The position numbers were made by a program, and so were the translations under genes. The notes under the pieces are model-generated. The model did no database searches and had not been told where the DNA came from. It saw nothing but the letters and a program-made list of their open reading frames with translations. A DNA stretch of 64,000 nt from an uncultured Rhodospirillaceae bacterium (GTDB lineage: Bacteria; Pseudomonadota; Alphaproteobacteria; Dongiales; Dongiaceae): the NCBI GenBank assembly GCA_964372215.1, contig CAYJQC010000024.1, positions 2,779-66,778 on the forward strand. The letters are read 5' to 3'. Positions within the stretch are counted from its first letter, which is position 1, and each line of letters opens with the position of its first letter. Shown here piece by piece: positions 37,450 to 48,957 of this stretch.

Positions 37450-38793
37450 ATGAGCAAGCGACAGCGTACCAGCGGAGCCGGAACGGTCAGCCGGCGCAAG
37501 TTCCTGAAGGCGGCCAGCGCCACCGCGGCCTTCGCCGCCGCCACGCCCACGATCCTGCCGCGCAGCGTGTGGGCGGCCAGCGACATCGAGATCGTGCACT
37601 GGAGCTGGCTCGCCGCCTCGGACGGCGAAGTCTGGCAGAAGATGATCGACTCCTTCAACGAGGCCCACAAGGGCAAGGGCATGCAGATCCGCATGGAGCT
37701 GATCCCCGAGGAGCAGTACGTCACCAAGGTGCTCGCGGCGGTCGCCACCGGCCAGGCGCCGGATTTCGGCTGGGGCACCGCCGGCAAGGCCGCGCAGCTC
37801 GCCCGCGACGAGGTGCTGGTGCCGCTCGACGACGTCGCCGCCCAGGTCGGACTCGACGTCGCCGATTTCAGCGCCTACTCGATCAAGGCGTCGCGCTATC
37901 CGAAGTACGACAACAAGATGTTCATGGTCCCGATGGACCTGATGAGCCTGCAGCCGGAGATCAACCTCGACCACGTGGTCGAGGCCGGCCTCGACCCGGC
38001 GAGCCCGCCGAAGAACGGCGACGACCTGCTGGCCTGGGCCCAGGCCATGACCAAGCGCGACGGCGACACCGTCACCCGCTCGGGCATCATGATGACCGGC
38101 TCCGGCGTGCAGCCGACCGTCACCTGGGGCATCGTCGCCGAGCAGATGGGCTTCCAGCGGGCGAGCGACGACCTGAAGACCGCCTGCGTCAATCCCGACG
38201 CCGGCAAGGCGGCCATGCAATGGGTGCTCGACCTGTTCGACAAGCACAAGGTCTCGACCCGCGACGTGACCGACCGCTACAAGGCCTTCGGCACCGGCCA
38301 GGGCTCGATCTTCTGGACCGGGCCGTGGACCCTGAACGGCTATGTCAACCAGGGCCTCAACTTCGAGACCGCGATGTTCCCGAACATCGGCGGCAAGCAT
38401 GTCACCTATTTCGAGATGGGCGGGCTCGAGCTGTACCAGCAGCAGGATCAGGGCCGCTACGAAGCCACCATGCAGGCGGTGAAGTGGCTGTCCGACAACA
38501 GCTTCCTGTGGACCACCGTCGGCCGCGGCGCGTCGCCCCGGCAGTCGATCCTGGCACGCGACGACTACAAGACCGCCGGCAATCCGTGGAAGGTGCGCGG
38601 CGCCTTCATCGACGGCATGGAGTTCGCCACCGTCGGCGAGATTCCGGTGGTCAACGGCCCGAACTTCACCATCTATTCCGGCGGCAATTTCCTGGCCAAG
38701 ACGCTCGAAGGCGTGTGGGCCAAGCAGGTCTCGATCGACGACGCCATGACGATGCTGCAGCAGCAGTGGCAGGCCGATCTCGACGAAGGCTGA
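37450..38793 (+). CDS. ABC transporter substrate-binding protein (carbohydrate-type, family 1)
   Basis: 447 aa from ATG 37450 (AAGGAGGAG upstream). Tat-type signal SRRKFLKAASATAAFAAA. Confidence 0.88.
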   Translation: MSKRQRTSGAGTVSRRKFLKAASATAAFAAATPTILPRSVWAASDIEIVHWSWLAASDGEVWQKMIDSFNEAHKGKGMQIRMELIPEEQYVTKVLAAVATGQAPDFGWGTAGKAAQLARDEVLVPLDDVAAQVGLDVADFSAYSIKASRYPKYDNKMFMVPMDLMSLQPEINLDHVVEAGLDPASPPKNGDDLLAWAQAMTKRDGDTVTRSGIMMTGSGVQPTVTWGIVAEQMGFQRASDDLKTACVNPDAGKAAMQWVLDLFDKHKVSTRDVTDRYKAFGTGQGSIFWTGPWTLNGYVNQGLNFETAMFPNIGGKHVTYFEMGGLELYQQQDQGRYEATMQAVKWLSDNSFLWTTVGRGASPRQSILARDDYKTAGNPWKVRGAFIDGMEFATVGEIPVVNGPNFTIYSGGNFLAKTLEGVWAKQVSIDDAMTMLQQQWQADLDEG

Positions 38794-38896
38794 ACCTCGA
38801 CCGGACGGCGCGGCGCGTGCTGCTCCCTGGCATGCGTCGTGCCGTCCGACATTTCCAGGCAGGACGAAAGACGCCGCACCGGCGAGTCATGAACCG

Positions 38897-39817
38897 ATGA
38901 GCACGACCGCCATCCCGGGAAACGGCACGCCGGCCCGCCACGCCGCGCGGGCCGGCGAGGTCCGCGGCGTCGACCGCGTCGGCTACGTGTTCGTCGCCTT
39001 CTTCACCGTGCCGTTCTTCCTGTTCAACATCCTGCCGGTCCTGTTCGGCGCCTATGTCGCCTTCACCAAGTGGAGCATCATCGGCGCGCCCAAGTGGATC
39101 GGCTTCAAGAATTTCAGCGACGCCTTCGCCGACCACTGGGTCGCGATCGCCTTCAAGAACGTGCTGTTCTACGGCACCATCATCGTGCCGGGAGTCACCA
39201 TCCTGGGCCTGATGTTCGCCCTGTTCGTCAACCAGCGCTATCCGCTCTCCGGACTCGCGCGCACCCTGTTCTTCGCCCCCAACGTGGTCTCGGCGACGGT
39301 GATCGGCATGGTCTGGGTGTGGCTGCTCGACACCCAGTTCGGCCTGATCAACCACTATCTCGGCTTCATCGGGCTGGGGCCGTTCCCGTGGCTGACCTCG
39401 GCCGACTGGTCGCTGATCGGCGTCAGCATCGCCTCGATCTGGTGGGATCTGGGCCTCGCCTTCGTGCTGTTCCTGGCGGCGCTGCAGGACATCCCGGCCG
39501 AGGTCAAGGAAGCGGCGACGGTCGACGGCGCCAACCGGCTGCAGCGCTTCTGGTTCGTGACCCTGCCCCATCTGCGCCCGGTCATCAGCATGGTGGTGAC
39601 GCTGCAGCTCATTTCGACGCTCAGGATCTTCAGCCAGGTCTATGTGATGACCAATGGCGGGCCGGCCAGCGCATCGTCCTCGCCGATCTTCTACATCTAC
39701 AGCGTCGCCATCATCCGCTATCTCTACGGCTACGCCTCGGCGATCGGCATGATGCTGTTCGTGGTGATCCTGGCGGTCACCGTGGTGCAGCGCCTGATCA
39801 TCCGGGAGCGCGGCTGA
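38897..39817 (+). CDS. carbohydrate ABC transporter permease (MalF-like)
   Basis: 306 aa, six TM segments, EAA-loop region (AALQDIPAEVKEAATVDGAN). Confidence 0.88.
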   Translation: MSTTAIPGNGTPARHAARAGEVRGVDRVGYVFVAFFTVPFFLFNILPVLFGAYVAFTKWSIIGAPKWIGFKNFSDAFADHWVAIAFKNVLFYGTIIVPGVTILGLMFALFVNQRYPLSGLARTLFFAPNVVSATVIGMVWVWLLDTQFGLINHYLGFIGLGPFPWLTSADWSLIGVSIASIWWDLGLAFVLFLAALQDIPAEVKEAATVDGANRLQRFWFVTLPHLRPVISMVVTLQLISTLRIFSQVYVMTNGGPASASSSPIFYIYSVAIIRYLYGYASAIGMMLFVVILAVTVVQRLIIRERG

Positions 39818-40701
39818 TGTCAATGCCGGCCATGATGCTGGAACGCCTGCGCGGCGCGCTCGAGGCGCGCCGCATGGAACCGATCGACGTGCCGATCTGG
39901 CTGATCGGCATGGGCATCGCCGTGCTGTGGGCGCTGCCGTTCGTCTGGATGGTCTCGACGTCCTTCAAGTTTCCGGAAGACGTGATGACCGCCGACATCG
40001 AGTGGCTGCCGCACCGCGTCACCCTGGCGAACTACGCCAAGGTGTTCGAGTACCCGGTGCTGCGCTGGGGGCTCAACAGCATCATCCAGGCGACCGCGTC
40101 GACCGGGCTCTGCGTGCTGTTCGGGGCGATGGCGGGCTACGCCCTTGCCCGGCTGCAGTTCCCGGGCCGCGCCGCGCTGTTCGGCATCTTCCTGGCGTCG
40201 CTGATGATCCCGACCGAGGTCTCGGTCATCCCCATGCTGCTCGGGTTCATCAAGATCGGCTGGGCCAGCAGCTACCAGGCGCTGATCCTGCCGACCATCG
40301 GCAACGTGTTCAGCGTCTACATCTTCCGCCAGTTCTTCCTGAGCTTCCCGCCGGAGCTCGAGGAGGCCGCGAAGATGGACGGCGCCGGGCCATTCCGCCT
40401 GTTCTTCCTGATCGCGCTGCCGCTGGCGCGCGCGCCGATGATCGCCGCCACGGTCATCATCTTCACGCTCAACTGGAACAACTTCCTGTGGCCGCTGCTG
40501 GTCACCTTCGACGAGCGCATGAAGACCCTGCCCGTCGGCATCGCCGCCTTCACGCCGGTGGTCGGGACCCACACCCAGCTCGAGGGCTACAGCGTCGCCA
40601 TGGCCGGCATCACCGTGCTGTCGGTGCCGAGCCTGGTGCTGTTCTTCCTGCTGCAGCGCTATTTCATCCACGGCATCTCCCAGGGAAGCGTCAAGCAGTG
40701 A
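39817..40701 (+). CDS. carbohydrate ABC transporter permease (MalG-like)
   Basis: 294 aa. ATG overlaps the preceding TGA by 1 nt. EAA loop FPPELEEAAKMDGAGPF. Confidence 0.88.
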   Translation: MSMPAMMLERLRGALEARRMEPIDVPIWLIGMGIAVLWALPFVWMVSTSFKFPEDVMTADIEWLPHRVTLANYAKVFEYPVLRWGLNSIIQATASTGLCVLFGAMAGYALARLQFPGRAALFGIFLASLMIPTEVSVIPMLLGFIKIGWASSYQALILPTIGNVFSVYIFRQFFLSFPPELEEAAKMDGAGPFRLFFLIALPLARAPMIAATVIIFTLNWNNFLWPLLVTFDERMKTLPVGIAAFTPVVGTHTQLEGYSVAMAGITVLSVPSLVLFFLLQRYFIHGISQGSVKQ

Positions 40702-42167
40702 GCGCATCGACCACCAAGGCAAGCGGCGCCGAGCTCGGCATTCCCGAGGGGCTGTTCATCGGCAACGAGTTCCGCCCGGCGGCCGACGGCCGGGTGTTCG
40801 AGACCATCGACCCCAGCAGCGTGACGCCGTTCGCCGAGGTGGCGCGCGGCGGCGCGACCGACGTCGACGCGGCGGTACGGGCGGCGCAGGCCGCCATGCA
40901 CGGGCCCTGGCGCGAGCTGGCCCCGGCGGAGCGCGGCCGGCTGCTGTTCCGCCTGGCCGATGCGATCGAGGCGAAATGCGACGCCATCGCCCGGGTCGAG
41001 ACCCTGGACGTGGGCAAGCCGCTCAAGGAGTCGAGGGGCGATGTCGGCGGGGTGTGCGCCACCATCCGCTACAACGCCGGCGCCGCCGACAAGATGGAAG
41101 GCGCCACCGTGCCGCTCGGGCGCGGCGTCGTCGACTACACGGTGCTGGAGCCGCTCGGCGTCACCGCGCATATTGTTCCCTGGAACTATCCCCTCGGCAT
41201 GGTGGCGCGCTCGGTCGCGCCGGCGCTCACCGCCGGCTGCACGGTCGTGATCAAGCCGGCCGAGCAGTCGCCGCTGACCGCGCTGATGTTCGCCGATACA
41301 TGCCGCGAGGTCGGTTTCCCCCCGGGCGTGGTCAACGTGGTGACCGGCTTCGGCGAGGAGGCGGGGGCGGCGCTGACCGCCCATCCGCTGGTGCGCGGCA
41401 TCACCTTCACCGGCTCGGTCGAGACCGGGCGCAAGGTCTACCTGTCGGCCGCCCAGGGCATCAAGCCGACCGTGCTCGAGCTCGGCGGCAAGAACCCGAT
41501 GATCGTTCTGAAGGACGCCGATCTCGACCGCGCCGCCTTCGACGCCGTCGACGGCGCCTTCGGCAACAGCGGCCAGGTCTGCTCGTCCTCCTCGCGCCTG
41601 CTGCTGCACCGCGCGATCCGCGACGCGTTCCTGGAGCGCTTCGCCGCCCACGCGCGCAAGCTGACGGTCGGCCCCGGCATCGACGACCGCGATCTCGGCC
41701 CGCTGGTCTCCGACGAGCAGTACGGCAAGGTGATGGGTTATCTCGAGGCCGGCCGCGCCGCGGGCGCGCGGGTGCGGCTCGGCGGCGGCCGGCCCGAGGG
41801 GCTGAACCGCGGCTACTTCGTCGCGCCGACCATCTTCGACCGGGTCGACCCGGCGAGCAGCATCGCGCGCGAGGAGATCTTCGGCCCGGTCGCGGTCGCC
41901 ATCGACTTCGACGACGAGAGCGAGGCGGTCGCCATGGCCAACGGCCTCGGCTATGGCCTGGTCGCCGGGGTCTACAGCCAGGACATCTCGCGGGCGCTCG
42001 GCCTCGCCCGCGAGATCGAGGCCGGATCGGTCTGGGTCAACGGCTGGTTCATCGGCGGCGTGCAGGCGCCGACCGGCGGCATCAAGGACAGCGGCATCGG
42101 GCGCGAGCGCGGCCTGCCCGGCATCCGCAACTACCTGAGCATCAAGAACGTCGGAATTCGCCTGTGA
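40698..42167 (+). CDS. NAD(P)-dependent aldehyde dehydrogenase
   Basis: 489 aa from GTG 40698 (GTGA overlap with the permease stop). Catalytic motifs ELGGKNP and GQVCSSSSR. Confidence 0.9.
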   Translation: MSASTTKASGAELGIPEGLFIGNEFRPAADGRVFETIDPSSVTPFAEVARGGATDVDAAVRAAQAAMHGPWRELAPAERGRLLFRLADAIEAKCDAIARVETLDVGKPLKESRGDVGGVCATIRYNAGAADKMEGATVPLGRGVVDYTVLEPLGVTAHIVPWNYPLGMVARSVAPALTAGCTVVIKPAEQSPLTALMFADTCREVGFPPGVVNVVTGFGEEAGAALTAHPLVRGITFTGSVETGRKVYLSAAQGIKPTVLELGGKNPMIVLKDADLDRAAFDAVDGAFGNSGQVCSSSSRLLLHRAIRDAFLERFAAHARKLTVGPGIDDRDLGPLVSDEQYGKVMGYLEAGRAAGARVRLGGGRPEGLNRGYFVAPTIFDRVDPASSIAREEIFGPVAVAIDFDDESEAVAMANGLGYGLVAGVYSQDISRALGLAREIEAGSVWVNGWFIGGVQAPTGGIKDSGIGRERGLPGIRNYLSIKNVGIRL

Positions 42168-42231
42168 CCCGTCGCCCGGTTCACGGGTGCGAACTCGCCG
42201 GCGGCCACTGCTGAGAGGAAAGAAGCTGAGC

Positions 42232-43440
42232 ATGTCGATCATCAAGAACGTCGAGCACTTCACCATCTTCAAGCATCCCGAGCATTGCGTGAACCAGATC
42301 GCGACGCGTTGCCTGAAGAATGGCGACCTGGTCGCCGTGTTCAACGAGGAGCGGTTCCCCTATCACCACGACAGCGGCCAGACCCTGATGGTGCGCTCCA
42401 AGGACGGCGGCAAGACATGGAGCGCCCCCAAGATCGTGCTGCCCTGGAGCCAGACCCAGGGCAACTGGGACTGCGGCATCTGCGAGCTGAGCGACGGCAC
42501 GCTGATCGTCAATCTCACCATCACCGGCTTCTTCAAGCGCGGCATCAAGCCGGCGCAGCCGTCCTGGAGCAGCCATCCCATGACCAAGGAATGGGGCGAC
42601 TGGACCTGGGCCTACAAGACCCAGGGCTGGCTCGGCACCTATGTGGTGAAGTCGAAGGACGGCGGCGAGACCTGGTCGGAGCCGATCCCGGTCAATGTCC
42701 GGCCGCTCAAGCATGGCGGTTGCCGGCTCGGCTGCTGGGAGCTGCCGAACGGCTCGATCCTGATGGGCCTCTACGGCCGCATCCACGGCTACGAGGAGGA
42801 GGGCGAGGGCGAGAGCACCCGCTCGGCGCTGATGCGCTCCGACGACGGCGGTGACAACTGGGAGTACTACTCGACCCTGGCCTACGATCCCGCCAGCATC
42901 ATCGACTACGAGGAGCCCGGGCTGGTCCGCCTGAAGGACGGGCGGCTGGTCTGCTTCATGCGCACCCATGTGAACCCGAGCAGCGACGCCAGGAACATGG
43001 TGATGGTGGTGTCCGAGGATGACGGGTTCTCCTGGACGCCGCCGAAATGGACCAACATCTGGGGCTATCCGCCGGAGCTGATCGCGCTGCAGGACGGCCG
43101 CTACCTGATGATCTACGGCTATCGCCGGCCGCCCTACGGCACCCGCGGCATCATCTCGGAGGACGGCGTCACCTGGGACGTGAAGAACGAGTTCGTGATC
43201 CGCGAGGGCGGCGTTCCCGGCAAGACCGTGACCGACACGCCCGGTTCGAGCCGCATGACGCCGGAATCGGGCAAGGTCGCCGGCGGCGGCGTCAACTGGC
43301 ACCATCCCGGCGTCTACCAGCATATCGGCTATCCCAGCGTCGCCCAGATGCCCGACGGCACCGTCGTCGGCTCGTACCACGAATGGAGCGACGATCCGAA
43401 GCCGCTGCAATACGTGCTCTGCACAAGGTTCCGGGTCTGA
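42232..43440 (+). CDS. BNR/Asp-box repeat, sialidase-fold protein (no signal peptide)
   Basis: 402 aa from ATG 42232. Five Asp-boxes: SKDGGKTW, SKDGGETW, SDDGGDNW, SEDDGFSW, SEDGVTW. Confidence 0.85.
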   Translation: MSIIKNVEHFTIFKHPEHCVNQIATRCLKNGDLVAVFNEERFPYHHDSGQTLMVRSKDGGKTWSAPKIVLPWSQTQGNWDCGICELSDGTLIVNLTITGFFKRGIKPAQPSWSSHPMTKEWGDWTWAYKTQGWLGTYVVKSKDGGETWSEPIPVNVRPLKHGGCRLGCWELPNGSILMGLYGRIHGYEEEGEGESTRSALMRSDDGGDNWEYYSTLAYDPASIIDYEEPGLVRLKDGRLVCFMRTHVNPSSDARNMVMVVSEDDGFSWTPPKWTNIWGYPPELIALQDGRYLMIYGYRRPPYGTRGIISEDGVTWDVKNEFVIREGGVPGKTVTDTPGSSRMTPESGKVAGGGVNWHHPGVYQHIGYPSVAQMPDGTVVGSYHEWSDDPKPLQYVLCTRFRV

Positions 43441-43467
43441 GGCGCAGGGTCGGGGAGCGCAACGGGG

Positions 43468-44613
43468 ATGGGCGTGATCGGGCAGGCGCGGCCGGCCGAG
43501 ATGCTGGAGCATCGCGTGCTGTACCGCGACGATCACGCCTATTGCGCCCATCCGCACCTGGCGGTCAGCGCCGCCGGCACCTGGCTGATGGTGTTCAACC
43601 GCACGGTCCGGCGCGATGTCATCATCCATCCGCCGCAGGATCCCGAGTACCGCAACCTGCTGATGCGCTCCGACGACGAGGGCCGCAGCTGGGGGCCGGC
43701 CGCGGTGGTGCCGGGCTATGGCTGGGGCGGCGTCGAATGCGCCGGGCTGACGCCCCTGAGGTCCGGCCGGGTGCTGCTGAACCAGTGGCGCTTCCGCTGG
43801 TATCCGCTGCCGCTGGCCGAGAAGATGGGACCGGGCGCGGAGCTGGTCGGGCCCGAGCGGCTGATGGGCAAGGCCGCCATGGCGCGCGAGCTCGGGCCCT
43901 GGGCGCCGGGCCCGGCGGAGATCGCCGCGCGGTTTCCCTGGGCGCGCGGCGACGGCGAGACCTGGGTGCATCTGTCCGACGACGACGGCTACAGCTTTCC
44001 CCAGTCGCGCCGCATCGACACCGCGCCGTTCAGCGGCGGCTACGGCATGCGCGGCGCGATCGAGCTCGGCGACGGCACGCTCCTGCTGCCGCTCTCCGAC
44101 GTGCCGAACTACCGGACGGTGTTCGTCCTGCGCTCGACCGACGGCGGCGAGAGCTGGTCGCCGGCGACGCCGATCGCCGCGGGCCCGGGCCACGAGTTCG
44201 AGGAGCCGGCGCCGCTCCTGCTGCCGTCGGGCCGCATCCTCGTGATGCTGCGCGACAACGGCACCCGCATCCTGCACCAGGTCCATTCCGACGACGGCGG
44301 CACGAACTGGAGTACGCCCCGCCCGACCGGGATCGCGGAATACCCGGCCGATCTCCTGAGGCTCGCCGACAGCCGCCTCGCCTGCGTCGCCGGGCGGCGC
44401 CAGAAGCCCTTCGGCATCCGCATCATCCTGTCCGAGGACGGCGGCGAGACCTGGGATACCGAACATCCGGTGGTGGTGCGCGACGATCTGCCGAACCAGG
44501 ACCTGGGGTATCCTGCGGCGGCCTGCCGCGCCGATGGCAGCCTGCTGGTCGCCTATTACGGCCAGGACCGGGACGGCGTCACCGCGATCCAGTCGAGCGT
44601 GGTACGGCTGTGA
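43468..44613 (+). CDS. BNR/Asp-box repeat, sialidase-fold protein, second paralogue (no signal peptide)
   Basis: 381 aa. Asp-boxes SDDEGRSW, SDDDGYSF, STDGGESW, SDDGGTNW, SEDGGETW. Confidence 0.85.
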   Translation: MGVIGQARPAEMLEHRVLYRDDHAYCAHPHLAVSAAGTWLMVFNRTVRRDVIIHPPQDPEYRNLLMRSDDEGRSWGPAAVVPGYGWGGVECAGLTPLRSGRVLLNQWRFRWYPLPLAEKMGPGAELVGPERLMGKAAMARELGPWAPGPAEIAARFPWARGDGETWVHLSDDDGYSFPQSRRIDTAPFSGGYGMRGAIELGDGTLLLPLSDVPNYRTVFVLRSTDGGESWSPATPIAAGPGHEFEEPAPLLLPSGRILVMLRDNGTRILHQVHSDDGGTNWSTPRPTGIAEYPADLLRLADSRLACVAGRRQKPFGIRIILSEDGGETWDTEHPVVVRDDLPNQDLGYPAAACRADGSLLVAYYGQDRDGVTAIQSSVVRL

Positions 44614-44665
44614 GCGTGGCGAAGGAAACGCCGATGAAGCCGATGCAAACGACAGGGACCGGTGG

Positions 44666-45766
<1,101 letters not shown>

Positions 45767-45794
45767 CGCTACGCGCTCGCCGCCGGCCGCCCGG

Positions 45795-47240
45795 CTATTC
45801 CGCGACGCGCTGCCCGTGCGGGGTCGGCACGATGTTGTGATTCAGCCGAAACAGATTGCCGGGATCGTGGCGCCGCTTGATCTCTGCCAGCCGCGCGTGA
45901 TTCGGCCCATACACCGCGGCCACCCGATCGGGTTCATCATCCGGCATGAAGTTGATATAGGCGCTGCCCGTCGCGAAGGGCGCGGCGTTCTTGAACAATT
46001 CCCGCGCCCAGGCCTTGCCCGCAGCGTCCTCGGCCGGTTCACGCCAGCGCCCATGGGCGTTCATGATGAAATGCGACTTGCGCTGCGGATAGGCGGTCGC
46101 CGCCACCGGAATCCGGCTCATCGCCCCGCCGACATGGGCGATGAAGATTTCGCACTCGGGCGACGGCAGTGCGCGCACTGACGCCAGCATGGCGTCGATG
46201 GCGCCGTCGGAGAGCTCGATGAAGTCATGGCTCTTCCAGTAGTTGCGCGCCCCCGCCGTCAGCAGCGGATCGAAAGCCGTCTGCCAGCCGGTGAAGGGAT
46301 GGGGCGACACCACGTCGGCGATCGGCTTGCCCAGGGCGCGCAGTTCGGCCACCGCCAGCTCGCCTTGCGTCATGTCACCGCACCAGCACAGCGCGAACAC
46401 CAGCACCTCCCGCCCATGCCATTCGGGCGGGATGAAGGGCAAGGGCGGCGCCTTGCGCATGACCACCCAGCAGGTGAGCTCGTCCGACGCCGCCGCGACA
46501 ATCCGCCGGTAGTCGCGCAGCAGCTCCCTTGCGTTGTCCAGCGGATGGACCACGAGGCCGGACAGCACCGTCGGGTCGAGGCGGTTGAGCCGGAACTCGA
46601 ACGAGGTCGCCACCCCGAAATTGCCGCCGCCGCCGCGAATCGCCCAGAACAGATCGCTGTTCCGGGCGGCACTGAGATGCAGCAGCTCGCCCTCGGCCGT
46701 CACCAGATCGGCGGAAAGCAGATTATCGATGGTCATGCCGAACTTGCGCGTGGTCCAGCCGAAGCCGCCGCCGAGCGTGAGGCCGGCGATTCCGGTCGTG
46801 GAGTTGATGCCCGACGGCACCACGTAGCCGAAGGACTGGGTCTCCTTGTCCATGTCGGCCAGGGTGGCCCCGGGCTCGATCCGCAGGCGCTGGTTGGCCG
46901 TGTCGACACGAACCGAGCGCATGAGCGAGAGATCGAGCATGACCCCACCGTCGCACACCGCGCTCCCGGCGATGTTGTGGCCGCCGCCGCGCACGGCGAG
47001 CAGGGCGCCGTGCATGCGGGCGAAGCGGACGGTGCAGACCACGTCCGCCGGGCCGGCGGCGCGAACGACCAAACCGGGACGACGATCGATCATCGCGTTC
47101 CAGATGCGGCGCGCGTCATCATAGCCGGGCGCGCCGGCCAGGCACAGCGGCCCGCGCAGCGCCTGACGCAAGCCGTCGACCGCGTCGTCGGAAATCGTCA
47201 CGCTGCGCCCGTCGAGTCCCGTCAACTTGATCCCAGTCAT
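45795..47240 (-). CDS. FAD-linked oxidase (PCMH/berberine-bridge-enzyme-like)
   Basis: 481 aa from ATG 47240 (GAAGGAGAG upstream). VRGGGHNIAG FAD-binding motif and a BBE-like C-terminus (DPGNLFRLNHNI). Confidence 0.85.
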   Translation of the reverse strand: MTGIKLTGLDGRSVTISDDAVDGLRQALRGPLCLAGAPGYDDARRIWNAMIDRRPGLVVRAAGPADVVCTVRFARMHGALLAVRGGGHNIAGSAVCDGGVMLDLSLMRSVRVDTANQRLRIEPGATLADMDKETQSFGYVVPSGINSTTGIAGLTLGGGFGWTTRKFGMTIDNLLSADLVTAEGELLHLSAARNSDLFWAIRGGGGNFGVATSFEFRLNRLDPTVLSGLVVHPLDNARELLRDYRRIVAAASDELTCWVVMRKAPPLPFIPPEWHGREVLVFALCWCGDMTQGELAVAELRALGKPIADVVSPHPFTGWQTAFDPLLTAGARNYWKSHDFIELSDGAIDAMLASVRALPSPECEIFIAHVGGAMSRIPVAATAYPQRKSHFIMNAHGRWREPAEDAAGKAWARELFKNAAPFATGSAYINFMPDDEPDRVAAVYGPNHARLAEIKRRHDPGNLFRLNHNIVPTPHGQRVAE

Positions 47241-47566
47241 CGCGCTCTCCTTCAGGTTCGTCGCGGATTGCGACGCGTGGCGGTGATGCTTGCGGCGTTC
47301 TGGCGGAGCCGACAAGTTCAGGATCTGAACCGGCCAACGCCGCGATCCGACGCCGGCGCCAAGCCAACCCGACCTGAGGCGCCGCGATCCTGGAGCGGGC
47401 CGGCCATGGGCCGGATGCACGATTTCGGCTCTGGCGCCGACCCCGTGCCGGCGGCGCAGGAATCCGCGGCAAACTGCCGCTTCAGTTTCTGAACTGGCGC
47501 GGACGGCCTCGCGGCAATAGCATCTGGGCAGTCTGGCGATGCGGTTCGGCCATCAGGGAGGCGTTC

Positions 47567-48256
47567 ATGGCCCAGTCCGGTGGGTACCACCAGTTCTGCC
47601 CGGTTGCCATGGCAGCGGAGATCGTTTGCACGCGGTGGACCGTCCTGCTCCTGCGCGAGCTGGTGGCCGGCAGCACGCAGTTCAATGAACTGCGGCGCGG
47701 CGTGCCGCGCATGTCCCCGGCGCTGCTCTCGACGCGGCTGAAGAAGTTGCAGGAGGCGGGCGTCGTCGAGCGCCGCGCGACCGACGACGGACCGAGTTAT
47801 CACCTGACCCGCGCGGGGGAGGACCTACAAGCCGTGGTGATGGCTCTCGGCATCTGGGGTCAGCGCTGGGTCGAGTCCCGGGTCTCGCTCAAGAATCTCG
47901 ACCCGTCGCTGCTGATGTGGGACATGCGTCGGAATCTCGACCCGACGCCGATGCCAAAGCGGCGCTGCACCATCCATTTCCTCTATTCCGACCTGCCGGC
48001 GCCGCGGCAGAACTGGTGGCTGGTGATCGATGGAGGCGTCGATCTGTGCTCGGTCGATCCCGGGTTCGACATCGATCTCTACGTCGACACCGGTCTGCGC
48101 ACCATGACCGCGATCTGGATGGGCTTGACCACCGTCGAAGCCGAGTTGGCGGCCGACAGATTGCAACTCACCGGCGACGGCGGATTGCAGCGCTCCATGC
48201 AACAATGGCTCGGCCTGAGCCCGTTCGCGAAGGAACGCAAGCGCGTCGCGGCCTGA
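47567..48256 (+). CDS. HxlR-type transcriptional regulator with C-terminal extension
   Basis: 229 aa. FCPVAMAAEIVCTRWTVLLLRELVAGSTQFNELRRGVPRMSPALLSTRLKKLQEAGVV, plus a ~120-aa C-terminal domain. Divergent from the FAD oxidase gene. Confidence 0.85.
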   Translation: MAQSGGYHQFCPVAMAAEIVCTRWTVLLLRELVAGSTQFNELRRGVPRMSPALLSTRLKKLQEAGVVERRATDDGPSYHLTRAGEDLQAVVMALGIWGQRWVESRVSLKNLDPSLLMWDMRRNLDPTPMPKRRCTIHFLYSDLPAPRQNWWLVIDGGVDLCSVDPGFDIDLYVDTGLRTMTAIWMGLTTVEAELAADRLQLTGDGGLQRSMQQWLGLSPFAKERKRVAA

Positions 48257-48331
48257 GGCGCGCAAGAAGCGGATAGAGCGGGCGCCGCGTTCCGCCCAGA
48301 CTCCCCCGGCATTCGCTCCGTGGAGGGTTTC

Positions 48332-48799
48332 ATGTCGTTCCGGGTTTCCGCGCTTCCGGTCGCGCCGTTCCAGCCGCTGTTCGCGCTCGGCGACGCGGCG
48401 CTCCTGGCCCGGGGCGCGCGCCGCTGCGTCGCCGACGAGCAGCCGGGCTTCCCCTGCCGGGTCAGCCTGGCGGACGCGGCCCCCGGCGAGCGCCTGATCC
48501 TGCTGAACTTCGAGCACCAGCCGGCTCGCTCGCCCTACCGCGCCTCGGGGCCGATCTTCGTGCGCGAGGCGGCGCGCCAGGCGGCGCCGGCGATCGGCGA
48601 GGTGCCGGAAAGCCTTCGGCTGCGCCTGCTGTCGGTCCGGGCCTACGACGCCGAGGACCTGATCGCCGAGGCCGAGGTCGCCGAGGGCCGCGACCTCGAC
48701 GCGCTGATCGGCCGGCTGTTCGCGAACGATGCCGTCGCCTATCTCCACGTCCACTACGCAAGGCGCGGCTGCTACGCCGCGCGCATCGACCGGGCGTGA
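48332..48799 (+). CDS. DUF1203 domain protein
   Basis: 155 aa from ATG 48332 (GGAGGG 4 nt upstream). PGFPCRVSL...SPYRASGPIFVRE matches the DUF1203 pattern as I remember it. Confidence 0.7.
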   Translation: MSFRVSALPVAPFQPLFALGDAALLARGARRCVADEQPGFPCRVSLADAAPGERLILLNFEHQPARSPYRASGPIFVREAARQAAPAIGEVPESLRLRLLSVRAYDAEDLIAEAEVAEGRDLDALIGRLFANDAVAYLHVHYARRGCYAARIDRA

Positions 48800-48957
48800 G
48801 CGGCGCCGTCGACCGGGCGTGCCCGAATCGGGATACCCCTAGAAGTTCTTCGCGCACGACTCGGCCTTGCGCCATGATGGCGACGCACGGGCGAGGCTAC
48901 TCACGGGCGCGTCGCCGCCGCGTGCTGCGCGGCCATGAATGCAACGAGGAAAACCCG

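Noticed and set aside
36301-38793. 830-aa ORF fusing the lyase N-terminus to the sugar-binding protein
   Set aside because: This is an artefact of the frameshifted lyase gene. Frame 1 happens to contain no stop until the end of the binding-protein gene. The middle 330 residues are out-of-frame nonsense, and the binding protein has its own SD, ATG (37450) and Tat signal.
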